From Candidatus Sulfomarinibacteraceae bacterium (GTDB lineage: Bacteria; Acidobacteriota; Thermoanaerobaculia; Thermoanaerobaculales; Sulfomarinibacteraceae), in the NCBI GenBank assembly GCA_963741385.1, contig CAVUHO010000003.1, positions 512,695-576,694 of the forward strand: a stretch of DNA of 64,000 nucleotides, in the 5' to 3' direction. How positions within the stretch are numbered: the stretch's first letter is position 1; each line of letters begins with the position of its first letter. Shown here in pieces: positions 44,709 through 55,060 of the stretch. A program made the position numbers and the translations under genes. The notes under the pieces are model-generated. The model did no database searches. It saw only the letters and a program-made list of their open reading frames with translations, and was not told the DNA's origin.

Positions 44709-45068
44709 TCAGACCTTGGAAGCTTCCGCCTCGTCCATCTGCAGGCGGCCCTCGATGATGGTCTGGTGTTCGGATTCGATCCGCAGTTCGAGCGAGTCGC
44801 AGACGTTCCGGCAGATGGTGAACACACCTTCGTCGATGATCCGGTAGTAGACGTTGAGGCCCGCGCGGCGGCAGTCCACCAGGCCGGCACGCTTCAGCAC
44901 CGACAGGTGTTTGGACACATTGGCCTGCGATCCGCCGACCACTGCGAGGATGTCCGAAACACACCGCTCGCCGTTGTGGAGACAGTGCAGGATCTTGAGG
45001 CGGGTCGGGTCGGCCATCGCCTTGAGGACCTCGGCAATACGGTGGAGCAATTCGTCCGATGCGATCAC
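44709..45068 (-). CDS. ArsR/SmtB family transcriptional regulator
   Basis: KAMADPTRLKIL, SQANVSKHLSVLKRAGLV; GGAGG RBS before GTG. Confidence 0.9.
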   Translation of the reverse strand: MIASDELLHRIAEVLKAMADPTRLKILHCLHNGERCVSDILAVVGGSQANVSKHLSVLKRAGLVDCRRAGLNVYYRIIDEGVFTICRNVCDSLELRIESEHQTIIEGRLQMDEAEASKV

Positions 45069-45228
45069 GTTACCTCCCCAAATAGTCCTATCACCCAAAG
45101 GTAATATATTCCTGTTTCCAAGCGAGGTCAATGTCATCGCAGGAACGGATGTTGTGTTGTTGGATGAGGATATGACTCAATGTCGGTGTTATTCTGATGC
45201 CGTCCCACAATTCCGGATGGAGGTCATC

Positions 45229-45612
45229 ATGTCGACTATTTTCGATTCCATCGTCAGCGGCGAGATCCCGTGCCACAAGATCTGGGAGGACGATGATCAC
45301 CTCGCCTTCCTCGACATCAATCCCCGGGTGGAAGGCCACACCCTGGTGATACCGAAAAAACCCTGGTTCGAGGTCTTCGCCATGGACGAAGAGCCCTACA
45401 CCAAGTTGTGGGCCGCAGCGCAGAAGGTGGCGCGGCACTTGAAGGAAAAGACCGGCTGCGAGCGCGTCGTGGTGGTGGTTCTCGGCTACGAGGTGCAGCA
45501 CGTCCACATCCACCTGATGCCGACCAACAGTCTCGGTGATTTCCCGTTCCCGCCGGTCAACCGGGACGCTCTCGACATCATCGACGAAACGGCAAAAAAA
45601 CTGAGGACTTGA
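45229..45612 (+). CDS. HIT family protein
   Basis: AFLDINP..GHTLVIPK, HVHIH histidine triad. Confidence 0.92.
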   Translation: MSTIFDSIVSGEIPCHKIWEDDDHLAFLDINPRVEGHTLVIPKKPWFEVFAMDEEPYTKLWAAAQKVARHLKEKTGCERVVVVVLGYEVQHVHIHLMPTNSLGDFPFPPVNRDALDIIDETAKKLRT

Positions 45613-45646
45613 CCGCCGACCACCAGCGGCGACAGAATAGCCCGGC

Positions 45647-45732
45647 GCCGGAGTGGCGGAATGGCAGACGCAGAGGACTCAAAATCCTCCGCTCGCAAGG
45701 GTGTGTGGGTTCGAATCCCACCTCCGGCACCA
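45647..45732 (+). tRNA. tRNA-Leu (CAA)
   Basis: GCCGGAG/CTCCGGC acceptor stem, GAGGA-CTCAAAA-TCCTC anticodon arm, long variable arm, GTTCGAATC, encoded CCA. Confidence 0.95.
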
Positions 45733-45734
45733 CT

Positions 45735-45788
45735 AGCAAATCAGGAGGCCGTCGCGAGCGGTAGCTCGCGACGGCCTCCTGATTTGCT
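45735..45788. terminator. Long perfect hairpin after the tRNA
   Basis: AGCAAATCAGGAGGCCGTCGCGAGC-GGTA-GCTCGCGACGGCCTCCTGATTTGCT, 25-bp stem. Confidence 0.7.
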
Positions 45789-46007
45789 GTCAACCACATG
45801 CAGAGCTGGGGAGTGGGCGCTCACCAAGCCGAGTCATGCATGTCGGCCGGGTCTGTTTTTCGCGTTTTCCTGACAGCCCAAGTTGCGTTTTCTCAAATAA
45901 TTGACGATGCGCTCAATCGGACATACATTTGGTTCAGAGATCGATCTCGACAACGAAATCTGAGCGGTTGCCGACGGGGCGCCGGCGCCCATCGGAGGGA
46001 GGTTTGC

Positions 46008-47066
46008 ATGGTCAAGTGCAGCCAGTGCAGCAACGTGTTCAGGGCCATCGGTGACGCTCTCAACCTCCGGCTCGACACCGGGGTGATGCTGGAGATGGCG
46101 GCGAGGACGATCGTCGAACAATTCGACATCAAAGCCTGCCACTTCCGGGTGCTCAGCCGCGACCAGCAGCGGCTCGAACACGTGGCGTGCCACGGTCTGA
46201 GCGCCGCGTTTCTCGACAAGGGGCCGGTGGATGCCGAGCGCAGCGTTGCTCAGGCACTCGACGGCCGGGCCGTGATGGTCCTCGATTGCGTTGCCGATCC
46301 CCGGGTTCAGTACCCCGATGCGTTTGCTGCGGAGGGGATCGTCTCGATGCTGACCATCCCTCTCGAGACCCGTGGGCAGGTGATCGGCGTGATGCGGCTC
46401 ATGACCGGCAAAAAACGGGAGTTCTCCAACGAAGAGATCGAGTTTTTCAAGGTCACAGCGCTGTTCTGCACGAGCGCCATTGTCGATTCCATGTTTCACA
46501 ACATTCTCGGGCACGTGACCGATTCGATTCGCGACACCCTGGAGCTGCCGGTCATTCTCGACAAGATCGTCCGCGTCGTGTCCGACGACCTGCGGACCAA
46601 GGGGTGTGCGATCTCCCTGGTGGTATCCGGGAGGAACGCTCTCGAGACGCGGGCGTCGAACGGTCTCAGTGACGGCTTTGTCGAGCGGTTTGCCGAGGTG
46701 GTATCGAAGGCCGCTCGCGACGATGTCATCGGAGGTACCAGCATCGCCATCCTCGATGGACGCAACGACAGTCGGATCACCAGACCCGACGTGGTTCAGC
46801 GGGAGGGCATCTCCTCGATCCTGCTCGTGCCCCTGATGAACCGCGGCAAGATCATCGGTGTGCTCAGCCTCTTCACTCACAGACCGTACCTCTTTTCCAG
46901 CGACGAGAAACAACTCATGGCTTCAATCGCCGAGCAGTGCTCGCTGGCGATCGACAACGCCATGATGTTCGAGGCGTTGAAGAAGCGGTACGAAAATCTG
47001 GTGGACGACTTCCAGCTCTGGTTCGAACACACGCAGGGCTACGGTCAGAAGCAATCGTTGGCCTGA
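46008..47066 (+). CDS. Tandem GAF-domain protein without output domain
   Basis: Two GAF repeats (EGIVSMLTIPL..RGQVIGVM; EGISSILLVPL..RGKIIGVL); GGAGG RBS. Confidence 0.82.
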   Translation: MVKCSQCSNVFRAIGDALNLRLDTGVMLEMAARTIVEQFDIKACHFRVLSRDQQRLEHVACHGLSAAFLDKGPVDAERSVAQALDGRAVMVLDCVADPRVQYPDAFAAEGIVSMLTIPLETRGQVIGVMRLMTGKKREFSNEEIEFFKVTALFCTSAIVDSMFHNILGHVTDSIRDTLELPVILDKIVRVVSDDLRTKGCAISLVVSGRNALETRASNGLSDGFVERFAEVVSKAARDDVIGGTSIAILDGRNDSRITRPDVVQREGISSILLVPLMNRGKIIGVLSLFTHRPYLFSSDEKQLMASIAEQCSLAIDNAMMFEALKKRYENLVDDFQLWFEHTQGYGQKQSLA

Positions 47067-47139
47067 TCACCTGAAGGTGATCCTCGCGATGGGCGAATCG
47101 AACCCCATCTGAGTTGCACAACTCGGAACCCATCCGCCC

Positions 47140-47251
47140 GGCAGCCGGGACGGCTGCCCCACAAAAATCCTCGGAGATAAAAGGGATAAAAAGGGAATCG
47201 GGCCGACGGAGAATCCGAAATCCGAAATTCAAAATTCAAAATTCAAAATTT
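47140..47251. repeat. Single family-B REP and heptamer array
   Basis: GGCAGCCGGGACGGCTGCCCCACAA; (CCGAAAT)(CAAAATT)n at 47211-47251. Confidence 0.8.
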
Positions 47252-47326
47252 CGCGATGTAGTTGACCTCCCGCCGCCTCTGTGACAACGTTTGCCCGCCG
47301 ACTGAGAGTTCACGCAGGAGGCCCCG

Positions 47327-48925
47327 TTGGATCACGTCAAGCTTGTCGAAGCCATGTCCGAGCCATCCTTCTACCCGCACCCGGTTGAGGAGGTTCGGTT
47401 TCTCCAGACCCACATCTCGTCGGTGTTCCTGACCGGTGAGTTCGTCTACAAGCTGAAGAAACCGGTGAACTTCGGCTTTCTCGATTTTTCGACCCTCGAG
47501 CTGCGCAAGCTGTACTGCCGGGCCGAGGTCGAGCTGAACAGCCGGCTGGCGCCCCATATCTACCTTCGCGCGGCGCCCATCACCTTTGACGGCCAGCGTT
47601 TCGCCCTCGAAGGCGAAGGCGAGGAGGTCGACTGGGTGGTCGTCATGCGCGAGCTCGACGAGCGCCAGCTCGGCACCCAGGTCAACGCCCGCGGCGAACT
47701 CACGGCAGGGCACATGGATGCCCTCGTCGAGGTGTTGGTGCCGTTTTATGTCAACGCCGCGACCGGAAACGGGATCGATCACTTCGGCGAGATCGATGCG
47801 GTCAGATTCAACACCGACGAGAATTTCAACCAGACCGAGTCCCACGTCGGCAAGCTGATCTCTCGAGAGCGATTCGAGCACATCGTCGAATGGACCAACG
47901 CCTTCTACGAAGAACGAGCAGACCTCTTTCAGCGCCGGATTGCCGAAGGGCGGATCCGTGAGAGCCACGGCGACCTCCACCTCGGAAACATCTTCTTTGA
48001 AGAACCTCCGGTCATCTTCGACTGCATCGAATTCAACGAGCGCTTCCGCTGCGGTGACGTGGCGGTCGATCTCGCCTTCCTGGCAATGGACCTCGATTTC
48101 AACGGTCGGCCGGATCTGTCGCAGTACTTCGTCGACCGCTATGTGGAAGCATCGGGGGATGCGGAGCTTCGTGAAGTCCTGAACTTCTACAAGTGCTACC
48201 GCGCCTTCGTGCGCGCCAAGATCGCCTGTTTCACGTCGGTCGACCCGGCCCTCGACGACACCGCCAAACGCAAACAGCGGAACCTCGCTCGACGGTACTT
48301 CGGCCTCGCCTACCACTATGCAGGGGGCACCGACAAACCATCGCTGGTGGTGTTGTACGGGCTGATGGGCTCGGGCAAGACCTCGGTTGCTCGCCATCTT
48401 CGTGAGGAGTACGGCTGGCACATGCTGTCGACCGATGCGATCCGCAAACAGATCTCGGGGGTGGGGGAGGCGACCCGGGTCTACGTGCCGTACAACGAAG
48501 GCCTCTATTCCCCCGACATGAACAGCAGGACATACGCCGAAGTCTGCGAGCGCGCGGAGAACCTTCTCCTGGGCGGTTTCGACGTGGTCATCGACGGCGC
48601 CTTCAAACGGCAGGAGGAGCGGGTACCCGTGATCGAGCTTGCCCGGCGATCCGGCGCGCGTCTGGTTTTCCTGCGAACCACCTGCGGCGTGGACGAGCAG
48701 CGCCGCCGACTCACCAAACGGCAGCAGCACGACACCCGGTCCGACGGGCGGGTCGAGCTCATGGAACACCAGCGCGCCGATTTCGAGGCGCCGAATCCCG
48801 GTTGTGCGGAGATCTTTCATTTGGTGTCCACCGACGGCCCCAAGCCCGAGACCAAGGCGCGGGTCGAGGAGCTGCTGCGAAACAGCGGTCTCCTCGCAGG
48901 CCCGGAGGCCAAAACCACTTTCTGA
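47327..48925 (+). CDS. Bifunctional aminoglycoside-phosphotransferase-like / P-loop (AAA_33) kinase
   Basis: THIS.VFL, KLKKPVNFGFLDFSTL, HGDLHLGNI, DCIEFN; GLMGSGKT. Confidence 0.88.
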   Translation: MDHVKLVEAMSEPSFYPHPVEEVRFLQTHISSVFLTGEFVYKLKKPVNFGFLDFSTLELRKLYCRAEVELNSRLAPHIYLRAAPITFDGQRFALEGEGEEVDWVVVMRELDERQLGTQVNARGELTAGHMDALVEVLVPFYVNAATGNGIDHFGEIDAVRFNTDENFNQTESHVGKLISRERFEHIVEWTNAFYEERADLFQRRIAEGRIRESHGDLHLGNIFFEEPPVIFDCIEFNERFRCGDVAVDLAFLAMDLDFNGRPDLSQYFVDRYVEASGDAELREVLNFYKCYRAFVRAKIACFTSVDPALDDTAKRKQRNLARRYFGLAYHYAGGTDKPSLVVLYGLMGSGKTSVARHLREEYGWHMLSTDAIRKQISGVGEATRVYVPYNEGLYSPDMNSRTYAEVCERAENLLLGGFDVVIDGAFKRQEERVPVIELARRSGARLVFLRTTCGVDEQRRRLTKRQQHDTRSDGRVELMEHQRADFEAPNPGCAEIFHLVSTDGPKPETKARVEELLRNSGLLAGPEAKTTF

Positions 48926-49152
48926 GGCGGGACCACGCGGCACTGCTGAGGTGCAGTCGGTGACAATCATCTCTCTCATGACGGTCGGTGATCTCGTTTC
49001 CGCAGCCGACTGGACCGCTCACGAGGGCTGAGCGCCCGGTCGCCGGGCCGTCGGGCCCTACCTCCAACGCGACCTGGACGGATGCTTCCCCTGTGTCATC
49101 TCGGACCCAATTCGGACATGGGGATGCTGTGACTTGGGTCACGGCTTGGGCT

Positions 49153-49170
49153 ATTGCGCAATTGCGCAAT
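49153..49170. promoter_or_regulatory. Perfect 18-bp palindrome upstream of the hydrogenase operon
   Basis: ATTGCGCAATTGCGCAAT about 170 bp upstream of the small-subunit ATG. Confidence 0.5.
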
Positions 49171-49341
49171 GGCGTCAATAGTTGACTGGGGAAAGCAAAC
49201 CGTCATGAGAAAAGATATCAAAACAAGCGTTCGATACCGCAACTGCAGCGGACTGCAATGTTGCCAGTCGACGGCCGACGGCCCCAAACCGACGGCCCGT
49301 GTTGGCGAGCGCCCGAACCGGACATCGCAAAGGAGCCGCGC

Positions 49342-50256
49342 ATGAGAAACATCGATCGGCGATCGTTCTTGAAGTACTGCATCACGTCGGCAACTGTCCT
49401 CGGGCTCGACGGAACGGTGGTGGCAAAGCTCGAGGCGGCGCTCGCCAAGAACGGCGCCGGCCTGCCGACGGTGATCTGGCTCGCCTGCGCCAACTGTACC
49501 GGCTGCACGGTCTCGCTCGCCAACCTGATCGGTGGCAGCGCCCCGACCGACGTGGCCGGCTTGCTGCTCAACACGATCGGGCTCGAGTACCACCCGAACC
49601 TGATGGGCGCGGCCGGCAATCTCGCGGTCTCGACCCTCAACAGCGCGGCCAGCGGCGACTACGTGCTGGCCGTCGAGGGTGGTATCCCGACCGCCTTCGG
49701 GGGCAACACCTGCATGTTGTGGACCGATGCCTCGGGTCACGACGTGACCGCCATGGAGGCGGTGTCGTGGCTGGCGCCGAACGCCCTCGCCGTGCTCTCG
49801 ATCGGCAGCTGCGCCTCGTTCGGCGGGATTCCCAAGGGCAACCCCAACCCGACCGGGATCGTCAGCGTCGGGGACTTCACCGGCCTTCCGGTGATCAATA
49901 TTCCGGGCTGCCCGACCCACCCCGATTGGATCGTGGGCACCATTGCGAATTTTCTCGCCGGTGCGACGATCGAGCTCGACAGCCAGCGGCGGCCCCGCCA
50001 GTACTTCTCGCAGAGGATCCACGAGCATTGTCCGTACAAGGAGCGCGAGGAGGCCCACACCTTCGGGGAGCACGGACGGTGCCTCGAAGAGCTCGGGTGC
50101 AAGGGGCCGGACACCAGATCGGACTGTCACCTCCGCAAGTGGAACGGCGGCACGAGCTTCTGTATGGAGGCAGGGTCGATCTGCATCGGCTGCACGGAGA
50201 ACAGGTTCCCGGACGGGTTCTCGCCGTTCTACGACGGCGAAGAGGAAGACGACTGA
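49342..50256 (+). CDS. [NiFe]-hydrogenase small subunit, Tat-exported
   Basis: DRRSFLK, CANCTGC, GSCASFGG, PGCP, HEHC, CLEELGCKGP, CIGC; no C-terminal TM anchor. Confidence 0.93.
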   Translation: MRNIDRRSFLKYCITSATVLGLDGTVVAKLEAALAKNGAGLPTVIWLACANCTGCTVSLANLIGGSAPTDVAGLLLNTIGLEYHPNLMGAAGNLAVSTLNSAASGDYVLAVEGGIPTAFGGNTCMLWTDASGHDVTAMEAVSWLAPNALAVLSIGSCASFGGIPKGNPNPTGIVSVGDFTGLPVINIPGCPTHPDWIVGTIANFLAGATIELDSQRRPRQYFSQRIHEHCPYKEREEAHTFGEHGRCLEELGCKGPDTRSDCHLRKWNGGTSFCMEAGSICIGCTENRFPDGFSPFYDGEEEDD

Positions 50257-50335
50257 TGCTGACCGACACAAACCCGCCGACTGGCTCTGAACGGTTTGGT
50301 CGAGTTGTGGTCGACCACACGAGAGGGAGATAACC

Positions 50336-51769
50336 ATGGCGACAATCACAGTGATGGACCCGGTGACCAGGATCGAGGGCCACCTCAAGGTCGAGGTCAC
50401 GATCGACACTGTTGGGGGCGAAAACCAGATCGTCGATGCCCGCTGCACGGGCACGCTGTTTCGGGGATTCGAGACGATTCTCGAGGGGAGGGCGCCGACC
50501 GACGCGCCCATTCTCACCCAGCGGATCTGCGGCGTGTGCCCGGTGTCGCATGGGATGGCCTCGGTCAAGGCCCTCGAGGCGGCGGCCGGATTTCAGCCGG
50601 CGGCCAACGCCCGGGTCCTCCGCAATCTGGTCCTCGGGGCGAACTACCTGCAGTCGCACATCCTCCACTTCTACCTGCTGTCGCTGGTGGATTTCGTGCA
50701 GGGACCGCAGGCGCCGCCATGGTCGCCGGCGTGGGACATCGACCTCAGGTCCGACTCACGGCTCGACGACCACATCCCCCACATGGTGATGTCGTTGGAG
50801 GCTCGCCGCCGGGCGCACGAGATGGGCGCCATCTTCGGCGGCCGAATGCCCTCGCCCCACACCTTCCACGCCGGCGGATTCACCGCGGTTCCGACCGCCG
50901 AACGGGTGCGCGACTTCCGCAACCAGCTCGAGTACGTCACCACCTTTATCGAGCGCGTCTACCTGCCGGACGCCGAAGCCCTCGCCGAGGTTTACGACGA
51001 CTACCGGCAGATCGGTGCCGGCCACCGCAACCTGCTCGCCTACGGGGTCTTCGATCTCGACGCCCAGGGTGCGTCGAAGCTTCTCGCCCCGGGCAGGGTG
51101 CGCAACGGCTCGACCAACGTGCAGTCGGTCGCACCGGCCAACATCACCGAGAGGGTCCTCAACTCGTGGTATCAGGACTCCACCGACGATCGCAACCCTG
51201 CGGCCGGTGAGACCACACCGGTTTATCCCAAGAACAACGGCTACTCCTGGCTCAAGGCGCCGCGCTACCTCGACGAGCCGTTCGAGGCGGGGCCGCTGGC
51301 GCGGATGTGGGTCAACGGCGATTACCGGGATGGGATCTCGGTGGTGGACCGCCACCTGGCGCGCGCCTTCGAGGCCCTCAAGGTGGCCAGGGCGATGGGG
51401 GAGTGGCTCCACGAGCTCGACGAAGGCGCGTCGGTGTACTCGAACTACGGCGACCCGACGAGCGGCACCGGCGTCGGTTTGACCGAGGCGCCCCGTGGGG
51501 CCCTCGGCCACTGGGTGAGCATCAGCAACGGGCTCCTCAGCCACTACCAGGTGATCACGCCCACCTGCTGGAACGCCTCGCCCAACGACGGTGCCGGCTT
51601 CGCAGGGCCGATGGAGCAGGCGCTGATCGGCACCCCGATCATCGACCCCGACCGCCCGGTCGAGGCCCTGCGCGTCATCCACTCCTTCGACCCGTGCCTG
51701 TCGTGCGCGGTCCATGTCATGCGACCCTCCGGGAAACCCACCGTGATCCGCACCGGCATGGCGAAGTAG
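50336..51769 (+). CDS. [NiFe]-hydrogenase large subunit (group 1)
   Basis: DPVTRIEGH, L1 RICGVCPVSH, EAPRGALGHW, L2 DPCLSCAVH plus cleavable tail. Confidence 0.95.
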   Translation: MATITVMDPVTRIEGHLKVEVTIDTVGGENQIVDARCTGTLFRGFETILEGRAPTDAPILTQRICGVCPVSHGMASVKALEAAAGFQPAANARVLRNLVLGANYLQSHILHFYLLSLVDFVQGPQAPPWSPAWDIDLRSDSRLDDHIPHMVMSLEARRRAHEMGAIFGGRMPSPHTFHAGGFTAVPTAERVRDFRNQLEYVTTFIERVYLPDAEALAEVYDDYRQIGAGHRNLLAYGVFDLDAQGASKLLAPGRVRNGSTNVQSVAPANITERVLNSWYQDSTDDRNPAAGETTPVYPKNNGYSWLKAPRYLDEPFEAGPLARMWVNGDYRDGISVVDRHLARAFEALKVARAMGEWLHELDEGASVYSNYGDPTSGTGVGLTEAPRGALGHWVSISNGLLSHYQVITPTCWNASPNDGAGFAGPMEQALIGTPIIDPDRPVEALRVIHSFDPCLSCAVHVMRPSGKPTVIRTGMAK

Positions 51770-51780
51770 GGGGCGGTCCA

Positions 51781-52221
51781 ATGAAGAACCTGGTCCTCGG
51801 CCTCGGCAACCTCCTGCTCGCCGACGAAGGCGTCGGCGTGCACGTGGCGCAGCAGCTCCTCAGCGGAAAGAGAATCGACGACCTCGTTGTCCTCGACGTC
51901 GGCAACGCGGTGCTCGATGCGATGCCGGCGATCGCCGCGGCCGACAAGGTGATCGTGGTCGACGCCATGAAGGGTGGCGGCACGCCCGGCACCGTGTACC
52001 GGGTGGCGATCGACGACTGCGCGAACGCGGGTCCCATCGGTTCGGTGCACGGGTTCGACCTCAAGTCGGTGCTCCATCTCATAGGTCGCGTGGTGCCACC
52101 GGAGGTGGTCGTCATCGGCGTCGAGCCCGACGTCATCGGCTGGTCGATGGAGCTCTCCGCAGCGGTGACAGACGCTCTTCCGGCCGTGATGACCTCGGTG
52201 CGGGGGGAGCTGCTGTCATGA
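51781..52221 (+). CDS. Hydrogenase maturation protease
   Basis: VLGLGNLLLADEGVGV, VVDA, SVH. Confidence 0.92.
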   Translation: MKNLVLGLGNLLLADEGVGVHVAQQLLSGKRIDDLVVLDVGNAVLDAMPAIAAADKVIVVDAMKGGGTPGTVYRVAIDDCANAGPIGSVHGFDLKSVLHLIGRVVPPEVVVIGVEPDVIGWSMELSAAVTDALPAVMTSVRGELLS

Positions 52222-52277
52222 CAACCCGAACAACCCCGATGCCACCCGTCCTTCGTGCGAAGGAGAAGGGACTCGCC

Positions 52278-53994
52278 ATGAGCAAGGTCACTGAAATTCA
52301 ATCTTCCGGTCGCAGGACGGCGTGTGTGGCGATTTCGTTGTTGCTGGTGGGGCTGTGCCACGCTGCCGAACCGACCGTCGAAGGTTCGAGGCCCGGCCTC
52401 GAGGAAGCAGCCGGAAAGGCCGCTGCTGCCCGGGTCGTCGATCTCGATCTTCGATCGCTGCCGGAAGTCGGTGCAGCGACGATCGCCGCGGCCGCCTTCG
52501 AGTCGCGACCGCAGGGCGATGACGTCGCTGCCGGGGCGTTGGACGAACCGGGCGACTTCCGCGATCCGCTCGTCGCCGACCAGCAGCGTGCCGCATCCAA
52601 GGCCGCGAGCAGCCTGACGGTGGACGTCAACGTGGCCGGCATCGGTTTCACGGGCGCGACGCCTGCCGACGCCGTGGGTGATGTCGGGGGCGGGCGCTTC
52701 GTGCAGATGGTCAATGCACCGGGAGGATCGGTCTTTGCCGTCTACGACACCTCGGACGGTGACCTGGTCGCCGGACCGAGCGCTCTCTCCGGTCTGTGGC
52801 AGGGAGCAGGCGCGTGTGCGGAGGGCTGGGGCCACCCGGGTGTGGTCCACGACGCGCTCGCCGACCGTTGGGTGCTGTCCGAGCTGGGCGCGGGAAACCA
52901 CCTCTGTGTCTACGTCTCGAAAACCGCCAACCCGGTCAGCGGGGGTTGGTTCGCCTACGACTTCGCGCTTCCCAGAGTTCCCCGACTTTGCCAGGCTCGG
53001 GGTGTGGAGCGACGGCTACTTCGTCGCCACCAACGAGGATCTCCCCGCCGTCTACGCCCTCCAGCGCTCGGCGATGCTCGTCGGCGGCGCGGCCGGCTGG
53101 CAGCGCTTTACTGTCCCGGCCCTCAAGGGTTTCGGGTTCCAGGCGCTCGCGCCTGCCGATCTCGACGGCGACAATCTCCCACCGGCCAATACCGGCGGCC
53201 TCTTCGTGCGGCACGTGGACGGCCAGGCGCACGGCGGCAGCGACCGCCTCGAGGTATTCGAGCTCGACGTCAACTGGGGCTCGCCACAGAGTTCGAGTCT
53301 CTCAGGTCCCACGACGCTCGCCACGGCAGCGTTCGATTCGAGCCTGTGCGGGTTTGCCGCTCGCGAGTGCATACCGCAACCGGGAACCGCCGTGACCCTC
53401 GACCCGATGCGAGAGGTCGTCATGTGGGCCGTGCGCTACCGCAGGTTTGCGACCCACGAGAGCCTGGTCGGCAACTTTACCGTCGACACAGGGGCGTCGA
53501 ATCATGCCGGTATCCGCTGGTTCGAGCTCCGCAGGAGCGGCGGCTCGTGGACCCTTTATCAACAGGGCACATACAGCCCCGACAACCGCCACCGCTGGAT
53601 CGGCAGTGCGGCGATGGACGGGGACGGCAACCTGGGGCTGATGTTCAACGTCGCGGACGGAACGTCCACCTATCCATCGATCCGAGTGACGGGACGACAA
53701 CCGGCCGACGCGCCCGGCGTCATGACCGTGTCCGAGCTGGAGCTCCAGGCCGGGAGCAGCGCCCAGACGGCTGGTCACTCGCCCGAGCTGTGGGGCGCTT
53801 CGAGCGCGCTGTCGGTGGACCCTGTCGACGACTGCACATTCTGGGCGACCGCGGCCTTTGCCGAAGACGGCGCCTGGAACACCCGCATCGCGTCGTTCCG
53901 CTTTCCGTCGTGCGCCGCCGTGGCAACGGACATGATCTTCGCCGACGGCGTCGAAACAGGGAACCTCACCAAGTGGTCGAGCTGGTCCCAGTAG
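52278..53994 (+). CDS. Secreted protein with C-terminal IFADG(V/F)E tail, one apparent frameshift near 52975
   Basis: Signal peptide and DAVGDVG..FVQMVN in one frame, continuing FPDFARLGVWSDGY...GIRWFEL...DPVDDCTFW...IFADGVETGNLTKWS in another. Confidence 0.7.
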
Positions 53995-54006
53995 ACGACG
54001 CGCCTG

Positions 54007-54077
54007 CGTGCGGGCGGGACGCCCGCACCACAAAAAATATATCGGCGGGTGTTGTGGTGCGGCCGTCCCGGCTGCAC
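54007..54077. repeat. REP doublet (family-B variant)
   Basis: GTGCGGGCGGGACGCCCGCACCAC ... GTGGTGCGGCCGTCCCGGCTGCAC in inverted orientation. Confidence 0.75.
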
Positions 54078-54127
54078 CGCGGATGATGCAGCATGGTACC
54101 GTCGGCCCGGAATGGCCCGCGCGTGAA

Positions 54128-54754
54128 ATGAAAGACCCCTACCGCAGAATCGCCGCTTTCTACGACGCCGCAGTCGAACCCTTCAATGCGGCCCTGAGGG
54201 AGTATGTCCTCAAGGTTGCCCGGCCGGAAGCGGGGATGAAGGTCCTCGAAGTCGGTTGCGGGACGGGCACCAACCTCGCTCTGTTCGCCGAGGCGGGCTG
54301 TGAGGTGTCCGGGATGGACCTCTCGCCGTCGATGCTCGACCTCGCGAAGAAAAAGCTGGGTTCAAGCGGAGATCTCCGATTGGGCGACGCTGCGGACATG
54401 CCGTTTGACGACGCCTCGTTCGATATGGTGGTCGCCTTTCTCACCCTTCACGAAATGCCGACCGCAGTTCGATCTCCGGTGGTCGCCGAAATGGCGAGAG
54501 TCACGAAGAGGGACGGCCGGCTCCTGTTGGTGGATTTCCACCACGGCCCCTATCGATTTCCGAAGGGCTGGCTCTACCGGGCCATCATCGTTCCCATTGA
54601 GATCGCCGCCGGCCGCGAGCATTTCAAGAACCACCGTGATTTTCTCCGCCGCAAGGGCCTCCCGGCGCTCATCGAAGGCAACGGTCTGACGGTCGAAAAG
54701 GAAAAGTTCACCGCCGGCGGTAACGTACTGATCACCGTCGCGAGACTCCTCTAA
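54128..54754 (+). CDS. Class I SAM-dependent methyltransferase (UbiE-like)
   Basis: VLEVGCGTG, GMDLS, GDAADMPFDDASFD. Confidence 0.9.
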   Translation: MKDPYRRIAAFYDAAVEPFNAALREYVLKVARPEAGMKVLEVGCGTGTNLALFAEAGCEVSGMDLSPSMLDLAKKKLGSSGDLRLGDAADMPFDDASFDMVVAFLTLHEMPTAVRSPVVAEMARVTKRDGRLLLVDFHHGPYRFPKGWLYRAIIVPIEIAAGREHFKNHRDFLRRKGLPALIEGNGLTVEKEKFTAGGNVLITVARLL

Positions 54755-54760
54755 GAGACC

Positions 54761-55058
54761 GTGGGCGGGTCATATACGGCCCGCCGGGAAAATGTCGTTG
54801 TGGTGGCAGGCCCTGAAGGACCTGCCTACGGTTTTCACAACACCATCGCAGAGTTCCGTGGCGGCGGGTTCAGGGCCCGCCCGTGGGATGTGTGTGAACG
54901 CGAGAGGTGCGGGGGCAGAGAAACGATTCCCCTGCCGCCCGCCCGGCAGCCGGGACGGCTGCCCCACAAAGGCGGTGCCATTCGCCAGATTGTGGGGCAC
55001 GCGTCCCGCGTGCCAGATGAGCGGAAACTCAAAACTCAAAACTCAAAACTAAGAACTC
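54761..55058. repeat. REP cluster (GTAG/GTGG family C x3, family-B doublet) plus (AAAACTC)n heptamers
   Basis: GTAGGCAGGTCCTTCAGGGCCTGCC-type hairpins, B doublet at 54945-55014, array at 55024-55058 directly after the cytochrome stop. Confidence 0.8.
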
Positions 55059-55060
55059 CT

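Noticed and set aside
45901-45916. FNR/CRP box upstream of the GAF gene
   Set aside because: TTGA-N8-TCAA spacing does not fit the TTGAT-N4-ATCAA consensus.
45647-47251. Genomic island integrated at tRNA-Leu
   Set aside because: No integrase follows and I found no duplicate of the tRNA 3' end in the window.
50336-51769. [NiFeSe] hydrogenase
   Set aside because: The L2 motif is DPCLSCAVH with Cys codons and there is no in-frame TGA.
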